DNA of 64,000 nt, taken from Chrysomallon squamiferum (taxonomy: Eukaryota; Animalia; Mollusca). Below are positions 54,028 to 64,000 of the stretch, one piece after another. The first letter of the stretch is position 1, and each line of letters opens with the position of its first letter. The notes under the pieces are model-generated. The model searched no databases, was not told the DNA's origin, and saw nothing but the letters and a program-made list of their open reading frames with translations. Both the position numbers and the translations under genes were made by a program. The DNA is taken from NCBI GenBank assembly GCA_012295275.1, contig CM022671.1, forward strand, positions 18,476,001-18,540,000, given 5' to 3'.

Positions 54028-54740
54028 AGTGACATTAAGTGAAGTGTTGATATTAAGTGAAAACTTGATGTCAAGTCTTTCCATGGTATCAATTTAATTG
54101 ATATTCTGACATGACTGATGAGGTGGACATAATGTTAAGTGGGTAACTGGACATCAACCTAAAATGTCAAGTGAACTGCTTGACATCAAGAAAACATCTT
54201 CACATAAGCTAAAATCTTGATATCAAAACAACATCTTGATGTTAAGTAAACATCAGTTGAATAGCTTGAAATGGAGCAAAACATCTTAATAGCATTCAAA
54301 TAACTTGACATCAGTTTAAAAATTAACATCAGCTGAATGTTGAAATACACTAGACATTTTAACATCAACCAGAGAGGTTGACATCAACCAAACAGATGGA
54401 CTTTGAAAGCTTGACATCAACCATGACATATCAACATCAAGTAAAACATTTTAACATTAACTCAACAATTTGACTTCAAATACTTGACATCCTTTGAAAA
54501 ATTTAACATCAGCAGAATACGAGGCTCTCAACCAAACATTTTAATATAAAGTAATAAAAAAAAAAAAAAATTATGTTGACATCAAGTATAAAACAATGGC
54601 ATCGGCCAAAGATTTGACATCAAGTAGAAACATCTTTACATCAACCGAAACATTTTAATATAAAGTAAAACATGTTGACATCAATCAAACAGCCAGACAT
54701 CAAGTAAAACATGGTTGACATCAACCAAACAGCTTGACAA
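54028..54740. repeat. Degenerate ~17-21-bp tandem array with TTGACATCAA core, overlapping the paxillin stop codon
   Basis: Exact core at 54180, 54378, 54411, 54576, 54614, 54675 and 54715; inverted copy at 54065; many variants. Confidence 0.85.
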
Positions 54741-54987
54741 AGCATGGGTGACAGTACGGCTTGTCAGCCTGCTCCTTGAAGGTTCCCTTGTTGAGCTGTT
54801 TCAGACAGAAAGCGCACACGAAGTGCTCGGGGTGAAACTTCTTGAACATGGCCGTGATGCAGCGTCCAGTGATGGGCTTCTGGCAGCTGGCACAGAGCGA
54901 GCCTCGCTTGGCGTGGTAGTGGGTCTCGCAGTAAGGCAGTCCCTCGTGGTCAAAGAAGCTGCCTCCACCGAATGGGGCGTGACAGTC
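54721..54987 (-). CDS. pxn: Paxillin last coding exon LIM3/LIM4: [88 protein letters not shown]
   Basis: Acceptor ttttcag; highly conserved paxillin LIM4 sequence; TGA at 54723-54721. Confidence 0.97.
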   Translation of the reverse strand, partial: DCHAPFGGGSFFDHEGLPYCETHYHAKRGSLCASCQKPITGRCITAMFKKFHPEHFVCAFCLKQLNKGTFKEQADKPYCHPCFVKLFG

Positions 54988-55567
54988 CTGAAAATATAAA
55001 TTGTTACCAAAAAAAATAAGTGTCTTTGTAAAAAGTAAAGGTTGAGATAGACTTTGCGAATATCTTGCAGTTTTATTTGAATAGGATTTTTTAATGGGGC
55101 TGGCTAATTACTCACATAAATTAATAATTTCTGATTAAATTTGTGAAAGAAAAAAAAAAAATAATAATAATAACAAACAGATTAAGCTGATATTTTTTTT
55201 CTATTTTTTATCTGTTTTTACATGACCATTCTTGTGTAAATTCTGACTTTATGAATGCCTTCCATTTTAATAGTAAATTTACTAACCCAACAAACAAAAC
55301 ATTCAGGATGCCAATGTCTATTCAGTGCTGTGATGTAATTGTCCATGATTGGGTTTCCACAGCCTCCACATTTAGGTGCAAATATTTCATAATAGTCCTC
55401 TCTGTAACAAATCAATAATAAAAAATACATTTCTTTGTATCTTATACTAGTATTAGTATAGAATATCTGAGTAATACCTGGTTAGTGTCTATGAAAAAAC
55501 TCAGAACAGAACTTAAGACTAGTTAAATATTGAAAGTTATTGATTTAATAATTTAATTAGAAGAAAA

Positions 55568-55619
<52 letters not shown>

Positions 55620-56516
55620 GATAATAATAATAATAATGTACCATTAAGAAGTTAGATCTGAAAATAATTGATTTAATAATGTGTTAATTTAATTACAAAA
55701 AAAACAAAACAATAATAAAGTCAGCAATACACAGCAAAACTCATATAATACACCAAACCATAAAAAAAATTTAAATGATTTTAACATCAGACATATTTAA
55801 AATAATGTTAAAGAAACAGGTCTAAACAGACTGAGTCCCTTATTTTTATACCTGTGTGTTGGAACAGAAAATGTAAAGAAATATAAAAATTCTGATAGAC
55901 AGAGAGTAAGGAAAAGAAAGAATGAGAGAAAGTAAAACTGAGAGATATCATCTTCTTAGAGTGTCAGCTAACAATCTTTATAACATTAACCCTTTCAGAC
56001 TTACATTCTCACAATAAAAACTGTGATAGATGGAGAGTAAGGAAAACAAAGAATGAGTAAAACTGAGAGATATCATCTTCTTAGAGTGTCAGCAAACAAT
56101 CTTTGTAACATTAACCCTTTCAGACTGACATTCTCAAAATAAAAACTGCCTTTGCAATGTAAATATGCCTGTTAATTAACAATTTTTATGTGTTGTTCTG
56201 TTGCTGTTATGTCACAAAACAGATTTAAAACTTTTTCTAGGCCCCTGGATTTTTATGACATCATCAAAAAGAAATAAAAAGTTTGGTTCTAGACAGACCT
56301 GCAGTAAGCTTTTCCTTCACGTTCATGGAAACCTTCCTCTCCAAACGCTCGTCCACATTTGGCACAGAAAAAATGTTCTGGATGCCAGGTTCTGTCCAGA
56401 GCCGTCACACATTTCTAAGAGAGAAAGAAAAAATAATAATAATAACAGTTAGAACTGGTAAAACTTTAACAGTGATTCCATCTATTTAAAGTTTGATGCA
56501 TTCCTTAAATTTTTTA

Positions 56517-56592
<76 letters not shown>

Positions 56593-56639
56593 TGATGATA
56601 ATAATAATAATAATAATAATGATAATAATAATGATAATA

Positions 56640-56685
<46 letters not shown>

Positions 56686-59600
56686 CTAACTCAATAAATA
56701 AATAAATAAATAAATAAATAAATTAAATAATAATTAAATAGTTTTTTTAAAATTAAAATAAAACCAATAAAAGCTGCATGATACAAGTTCTGTTGATCCT
56801 GCAATGACATAAATTTAACTTGTCCGTTTTTTCTTTTTTTTCTCTCTATCTCTTTATTATATATATATCTACACAAACATAAACACTAAACCAAAAATCA
56901 AAGACTCCAGTAATTAAAACTCACATCTATAATTGGTCCTTTACAGTAGGCACATCTTGGAGCAAACAACTCGTGGTAGTCTCTCTCACAGTAAGCCTTG
57001 CCATCTCGCTCGTAGAAGTTACATGTGCCCAGCATTTCATTACAGTGAGTACAAGTGAAATGTTCAATGTGGAAGATCTTACCTAGAGCTGTGATTACCT
57101 GTCAATTAATACAGCACTTGTTAGTTCAGGTAAATTGAATTGATACTGTGGTTTGAAAGTATAATTAAAAAAAACACTTGTTAGTTCAAGTAAACTGAAC
57201 ATTAACACAGAGGTTTTAAATGAATCTTAATAATCGGTTAATTGCAAATGTATATGTGTTGTGTGCATATTAAAAATGTGTGACTGTATATATCTATGTG
57301 CATGTATCTGTATGTTGTATGTGTATGAATACATGTGTGTATGTGTAAGTATATGTACAAGTATGTTTGTTGTGTGTGTTTGTATGTGTGTGTGTGTGTT
57401 AACAAGTGAAATATGTATATATAACTAATAAAATAAATAAACTTAAATATAGTTTTAATAATAAAAGTAAAATAAAACAAGTATATGTCTACATTACATT
57501 AGCATATAAATCAATAATCTTTACTATAAGGACTGAAAACTAAATCTTTTAAAAACACAAAACAAAACAAAATAGTGGGTACCACAATATTACACATATA
57601 TACGCATGGACACACACACTGTGTTTACCTGTCCGACTACAGGCTGGTTGCAGGCTGCACACACACACAAACACACACACACGCACACACACAAACATGA
57701 GTTTACCTGTCCGACTACCGGCTGGTTGCAGGCCGCACACACACCCTTTGTCTTTGTGCTGACGCCCTGTCTGTTCATGTCTGTCTGCAGGTCTCCCAAC
57801 ATCGTCTCCAGCTGGTTTGTCGTTGGTATTGGTGCTGACATCCCACCGCGGTTCTGTTCAACGGCTTTTCCCTTGTTTGGTTTCGCGTACGCAGGCTCCG
57901 AAACTGGCTGCTGTGCTTTGTTTTGTAACTGAAAAAAAATAACATATATAAATTAAATGTGTGTGTGAGTGTGAATGTGACACAGACATATATACTAATA
58001 TATATCTGTATCTGTCTATCTATATATCTGTTTGTTTTCATTATGTATTCTATAAATGTTAATCTAAAATACTTATTTCTGTATAGTAATGAACATCAAA
58101 CAACCCAAATACTATTACAATTACTAAATTAACAATAGTTATTTATCGTATCACTTTATTTTTATTTTTTCTGCGATAATGTAGAAAAAAGATAAATTAT
58201 AATAAAACATTCATTTTTTTTTTTTTAAATTCATTACCTTGTCTCAAAAACAAACTAATGTTAAAATGACTTCAGCAAAAACTTGAAAAGAAAAAAAACA
58301 TATGAAACTGGGTCTTGCTACAACATAATCTAAAAAATTAAAAATTATAAACAATTATAAAAAAAATAAAACAAAACAAAAGACTTTTCTATCGATTAAA
58401 AATGTTCCTGTAACTCATTTTTTTAGGTTTTAAAAAAATGTTAATATTTTAAATCTTATTGAACAAAGATTTTCTACCTTGAACTCAGAGAGTGAGTTCA
58501 TCAGATCGTCGAGCTCCCGGGTTGCAGTGGAGGTGTTCTGCACTGGGGGTGCTCTCACTGACCCCTGCTGTGAGCTGTACACATGCTGTCCTCCCCCTAG
58601 ACTCCCCTGCGATCTGAAGTATAAAACGTTTGTGACAAAGTTCAAATGCTTCACGGAAATTTTTATATTTTCATAAATTTAAATTCTGCATGATGAAGAA
58701 GGCACTGACATTCTGACTTCAGGATTTTTAGACATTAAAAAATAAAAATAATTTAGAACCGAATATATTAAATCTTCTTGCTTTAGTCAACTAGATTTTT
58801 CTATATTGTTCAGTATATGTTTGTATATGTGTGTATATGCTTGCACATGTGTGTGTGTGTGTATGTGTGTTGATATATATGTATGCATGCATGGGTATAT
58901 TTAAATACATATCCATGTTTAAATCTAACTTAAAGTTTTAATTACATTCCTGACAGAAACATTTACACTGCTTTATGAAAATAAAGATAAATAAGAACAG
59001 CACAACACATTAACACCAATTTGTTTTATCCCAGCAGTACTCTAGTTCCAGATACACTATCTTACAATAACCTGTTAAATTACAGGCATATTACTTACAC
59101 AATAACAAATAATAAATTTAGTTTATAACTCTATAAATTATCACCAATTTACCAACATGAAATATATGTATAAGTGATAATCCATGCCAGATTTATTATT
59201 TATCATAATCATGGGAACCACTTCAAGATATAAAAGTATATAAAGCAGTATATAACATAAGTGATGCTTATGAAGCAAAGGAAGTAGAAGATGGTTATGA
59301 AGCAAAGGAATCAAATGAATTTTATGAAGTTAACGGAAGTTTATGAAGTAAATAAAGTATATAATCAACAATGTAAATGAAGTATATGAAGAATATTAAG
59401 TAAATGGAGCTTTAAGAAGTATACAACTGAAGTAAAAGACATATTTATGCAGATTATGAAGTACACGAAGTTTATGAAATTAATGAAGTATATGAAGTAA
59501 ATGAAGTTTAAATTTATGAAATGTACAAAGGAAATGAAGTAAAAGAAGTATCTGTCATGTATGAAGTATCTCTCGTGTATGAAGTATATAGATATTCTCA

Positions 59601-59744
59601 GTTACCCTGGTGATGGTGGGACTGTTCCCTCTAGCTCATCTAGTAAACTCTCTACAGTGGCGCGCTCTGTTGTTCTCACTGGTTTAGGGGCAACTTGTGG
59701 AGGAACACGTTTTGAACTACCCCCGTTGACAACTGGCTCCGGCC
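54721..59744 (-). CDS. pxn: Paxillin-family LD/LIM adaptor gene, 3' portion (LD1 and LD2 exons lie beyond the window end)
   Basis: Seven spliced exons with consistent phases encode VESLLDELE (LD3-like), [17 protein letters not shown] (LD4), [13 protein letters not shown] (LD5) and four LIM domains ending [13 protein letters not shown]. Confidence 0.96.
55287..55401 (-). CDS. pxn: Paxillin exon LIM2/LIM3: [38 protein letters not shown]
   Basis: Acceptor ttgttacag, donor gttagt; 115 nt, phase 2 to 0. Confidence 0.95.
55893..56148. repeat. Tandem duplication of ~131 bp in a paxillin intron
   Basis: Two near-identical copies start at 55893 and 56024. Confidence 0.92.
56299..56414 (-). CDS. pxn: Paxillin exon LIM2: [38 protein letters not shown](R)
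   Basis: Acceptor ctctcttag, donor gtctgt; 116 nt, phase 0 to 2. Confidence 0.95.
56516..56720. repeat. (AAT/GAT)n and (AAAT)n microsatellite
   Basis: Long trinucleotide run followed by a tetranucleotide run. Confidence 0.95.
56925..57098 (-). CDS. pxn: Paxillin exon LIM1/LIM2: [58 protein letters not shown]
   Basis: Acceptor ttgacag, donor gtgagt; 174 nt; LIM Cys/His spacing. Confidence 0.95.
57622..57746 (-). repeat. Duplicated exon 3' end plus 5' splice site (period 78 nt)
   Basis: gtttacctgtccgactac(a/c)ggctggttgcaggc(t/c)gcacacacac occurs at 57623 and 57701. Confidence 0.95.
57707..57928 (-). CDS. pxn: Paxillin exon with LD5 and first CxxC of LIM1: LQNKAQQ...[36 protein letters not shown]
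   Basis: Acceptor ttttttcag, donor gtaaac; 222 nt, phase 0-0. Confidence 0.94.
58478..58613 (-). CDS. pxn: Paxillin exon with LD4: [45 protein letters not shown]
   Basis: Acceptor tacttcag, donor gtagaa; 136 nt, phase 2 to 0. Confidence 0.93.
59235..59590. repeat. Degenerate tatgaagta-type repeat
   Basis: tatgaag recurs more than ten times next to a paxillin donor. Confidence 0.65.
59606..59744 (-). CDS. pxn: Paxillin exon with LD3-like motif: [45 protein letters not shown](G)
   Basis: Acceptor tttgtttcag, donor gtaact on the minus strand; 139 nt, phase 1 to 2. Confidence 0.9.
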
Positions 59745-59884
59745 CTGAAACAAAACCATTCATCACATTAATACAGTGTCTTATTTAAAATGCTCTAGAG
59801 CTTTATATCAGAGTATTAACATGTATATATATATGTATGAACTGAACTCTTCATCTTAATAATAATAATAATAATAATATTAAT

Positions 59885-59954
<70 letters not shown>

Positions 59955-60748
59955 TGAAATATAGGTTATTAATTAAGAAAATTCCAAATCTTTCATCATG
60001 TGAACTGTAACCTTTGATCATATTCATCATCAAGTGAAGATGATTTGGATTTTTAATACTGGTATGTTCTAACAAACAACAACAACCGAAAAAAACAACC
60101 TGCAAACATTTTATAAAGTATATAATGCTAATTTTTAATATATGTTAATAATAAAGGTTATTAATTAAAAAGTGGAAGACATAGTTCTTACATTTATATA
60201 TATATATATATAAATGTATAATTTTCACAAAGCAGAAAACAAATGATGGGCATTAATTAAGAACATTAAGCTACCGCCATACATGTTTTTAAGATTATAT
60301 AAAAGGAAAACTTCTGTAGTCAAAGAAATTCACTTGTCAAATCTAACAAATAGTTTCATTGATCAAATCAAAAGAATAGCCTGACTGGTCAAATATAAAT
60401 TGTTCCTAAAAGCATTGCAAAACTTTATTTATTTTTAAATTTAAAAAAAAAATTATTTCTTCAATTATAACAAAACAAATCTGAATAGAAATCTCTCTTT
60501 CCCACAGACGATGATGCCAAAATCAAAACAACATTAGGAGAGCTCACTGGAGAGATCTGATCTCACAAACCATCACACCTCAAACCAGTAGTAACAACAA
60601 CCCTGAACCCTTACAGAAAACAATCTGGTAAACTATAAATCCACATTCTGCATGTGGTTAAGAAGAAAAAACAAGAATGATGGACACTGTGTCATTATAA
60701 GAGGATGAGATATAGTTGCCGGAGTTGCAGTTTTTACAACCCACAAAC

Positions 60749-60823
60749 CTGCAACACTGTGATACTCTGCTGTGACTGGAACTTTGCCAAACACTTGAGC
60801 TTCATGTTGAGGTAAACTTGAAT
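60749..60823 (-). CDS. Candidate 75-nt symmetric paxillin exon: xSSLPQHEAQVFGKVPVTAEYHSVA
   Basis: Acceptor ttttatcag, donor cag|gtttgt, 3n length, open in the phase-1 frame required by the next exon; no homology recognised. Confidence 0.4.
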
Positions 60824-62930
60824 CTGATAAAATATCTTAGACACTTGCTACAGCATGAAGAAAACATGAAATTGTGCAGATGTTCAGGAAAGTAAATATC
60901 TAGAGATATCCATACGTTTACCTAATAAATACACAAGTCTTCACCGATTAGACTTTAACGAGTTCAAATTTGGCATTTTCATCGGTTATTCCAGTAATTT
61001 TTACATACACAAACACATGCATGCACACATGCACATTCATACAGATAAATAAAATGAATAACTAGAACTGATGATTCTATAAATGATAACAATTTGTGCC
61101 AAACATTTTTGCTTTACCTATACACTGATAGTTGGTATATTTAAAAAAAAAAAAAAAAAAATTAAAATTAAAAATGAAACAAATTAATAAACAAGGTTCA
61201 AATTAAATCTACAAAAACAACATTGACACACACATAATAATTACAAATAATAATAATAATAATAATCATAATAATAAAATCCTATTAATAATAATTATAA
61301 AATAATTTTTAAAAATTAATAATTAAATAAATAAAACATGATAAACAACAACATACAAAATATAAAGGTCAAGGCAATGACATCTTCATCAAGGTGAAAC
61401 TTAAAAGAAAAGCATGCCTTTGTAACAGACAACAACAAATAGTTTTCGAGAAGTTTAAAAATAGCTGAAAAAACTAGAATACCTTCATTCTTTCTTCAAA
61501 AATACACCAACCATATTCAGTAACTAAAGTATTTGTTAAATGTGAAACTAAAAACTACCATTAAAACCAAGCACTAAACAATTTTACAAGTTTATTAGAA
61601 ACAAAATAACTTTGTAATAAGAATATAAAAGCTATGACAGGTTAGTAAAAGTATTCTCAGAACCACAGCTAAATTAAATTTGTCTAAAATATCATATCAT
61701 AATAAAGAGGCTAAAATATATCTTTCCTGTTAATGGAAAGGAATAAACCTAAAATCATTTCCTGCTAATTAATAAGAGTAACCGATGGAATGACAATAAC
61801 ATGTTTGACACATATTTCAATAAGTTTAACTATAAGGGTAGTAAGTGAGAAAGAAAGAAAGTACAGAGAAAAAAAAAAATAATGAAAGAAAAAAGAAAAT
61901 GAAAGAAAAAACAGGCACAAGAACAAAAACCAAAAAACATTACCAAATGTTTTACAGCTCATCCAAATTTCAAGACAAAACAAAAAATCCTCACTAAGTA
62001 AAAAGGAGCATGTCTTTTGTTTTCTAGATAAAATCACTCATTTTGAACTTGTAGACAAAGGCAAATGTTCTGAAGAAGTTAGCAGTCAAAAAGCTATGTA
62101 AAAGTTAATGTATCTTCATCATCATCATTCTTTCTTTATCCATCAGTGAAATGTTTTCACTTTTACTTGATGAATTAACAAACATTTCTAAAGAGGGAAA
62201 AGTGACAACAATATGTACTTTCTGTATTAATAACATCTTTTCTTTTGCTATATAATAATCATCATCATCATCATCATCATCGTCAAACCTACTAAGTAAA
62301 TGGATTTCAGATATTAACCAAAAAATATCTACTTACATTAAAAAGCTTTTGTTATATTATAATAATAATAATAATAATAATAAAGACAATTAAAGTACCA
62401 TACTGTAACTAATGAAATATAATATTAAAAACATATAAAACATTTAATTGTTAAAAACTTTTAATAATAGTAAATAATAAATAATAAACAATAATTGTCA
62501 TCATCATCACAACCACTCTGAATAATTAAACAAAATTTTAAAAACTTACGTAACACTCACAAAGGAAATCTTCTCTTAACTCAAAAAAAAATTTCAAAAA
62601 CTTTCTGCACACTGCAGTGATTAAAACTTTAAGCAGTGGTGGAGAGATGATTTCTGAGGCTATTTTCTGTTTATTAAGCTATTTATAAATAGTTTATCAC
62701 AAGTGCTAAATGCAGCCTGCCTTCAACCTCTCTGTACTCCATTAGATACATCTCCAGAACAGCTTGGCTTTCAGCCATGGTATTAGAATGGATTAAATGT
62801 CTTAACAAATATATTAATGGCTCAAGTAGCTGAGTAGAAGTGAGTTGATTAAATAACTTGTTTAAAAGTAAAACGAAGAATGGACTGTTGAGATGAGAAA
62901 TAGAAAAAGGTAAATCTGTGGCAGACATGT

Positions 62931-63062
<132 letters not shown>

Positions 63063-64000
63063 CGTATGGTTGAGTCATCAGAGAACAAAGAAGAAAACAA
63101 ATAAATTAATGTATCTACAATAAAACAGTGCCCTATTTGGATATATTTTTAAGAAACTACACACATACATGCATACACAAACACACACATGGACAAACAT
63201 ACCCTGATGTATACATACACAAATGCATACACACATACATGGACAAATACACAGACATACACAAAAACACACACACACAAGTGACACATTATTAAATAAA
63301 AAGAAGAAAGATCTTCTTTATTTTTGTAATAAATGTTTGATTAAATGTTATCTAAATTTATTATATTTCACTTGGTGTTTTTGTAAATTAATATTAACAT
63401 GAATATGTGCAGTCTATGAAAATATGAAAGAAACAAATACCTAAAGATAAGTTAATAACAAAAATCCCAGATACATCTAAATACAAACTCCTGTAAATCT
63501 ACGTTCATACCTCCATATTTTTTTTATAATTAAAGATAGGAATTATGCTTTAAAATTCTTTATACAAGTTATTAATATCCCTTCTTAAATAAAAAAAAAA
63601 ATAAATAAATAAATAAATAAAATAAACAAGTTTAAAAAAAAAAAAAAAACTTAATACTATCTAAAAATAACGAATGGGAATTTAATTGGTTTTCATTACA
63701 GTTACATTTTTTAAATAAAACTGAAGCATATTCTTATAAAACTAGTCTGAATTTTGTTATCTGCACTATAATGACATCAATATTATCTGGTTTGTTTAGT
63801 GTTTTTGTTCTTGCTTTTATATATATATATATATATATATATTTAAACTTTCATGATTAATTAAAAAAATTATGTATTGTAAAGCATTTTCTACAAAACT
63901 AGTCTGAATTTAATTATTTTCATGCAGTTATATAAATATTTGATTGTTATATAATTGTTGTTGTTGTTGTTGTTGTTTTTCAATGCACTTTCACACAATA

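Noticed and set aside
54655-54723. Three in-frame UGA codons near Cys codons after paxillin, suggesting selenocysteine recoding
   Set aside because: They are explained by the TGATGT repeat core; paxillin normally ends at this position and I could not identify a SECIS element.
54715-54999. 94-aa + strand ORF overlapping the last paxillin exon
   Set aside because: It is the antisense shadow of a GC-rich coding exon; there is no independent evidence for it.
55986-56120. TTAACCCTTT resembling a piggyBac-type end
   Set aside because: Both copies are in direct orientation as part of the 131-bp duplication; there is no inverted partner or transposase.

Overview
Very AT-rich, microsatellite-dense animal genomic DNA (invertebrate, mollusc/lophotrochozoan-like; the taxon is an inference). 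The window holds the 3' parts of two intron-rich genes facing each other. On the + strand is a Musashi-family RRM RNA-binding protein gene: the end of RRM2 (12361-14232), a run of phase-1/phase-1 exons encoding the disordered C-terminal half, the conserved terminal peptide [14 protein letters not shown] (stop 37463-37465), an intron in the 3'UTR and a long terminal exon from 40042. On the - strand is a paxillin gene: LD3-, LD4- and LD5-like motifs and four LIM domains in seven clear exons from 59744 down to the stop at 54721-54723. Both genes start outside the window. Nearly all ORFs in the supplied track are low-complexity artefacts. The most notable observations are: (1) a modular array of frame-preserving candidate cassette exons in Musashi, one flanked by a GC-rich hairpin and Rbfox/QKI motifs; (2) a 4x71-bp intronic array of Musashi-binding elements inside the Musashi gene itself; (3) repeated RFX X-boxes across the Musashi locus; (4) a paxillin 3'UTR repeat array that resembles the stop-codon region, with a core self-complementary only on the mRNA strand; (5) an in-frame duplicated exon end plus splice donor in paxillin LIM1; (6) Musashi-paxillin linkage, also seen in human. 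No rRNA, tRNA, CRISPR array or coding transposon was recognised. All exon calls are from manual translation and splice signals, with no transcript data.
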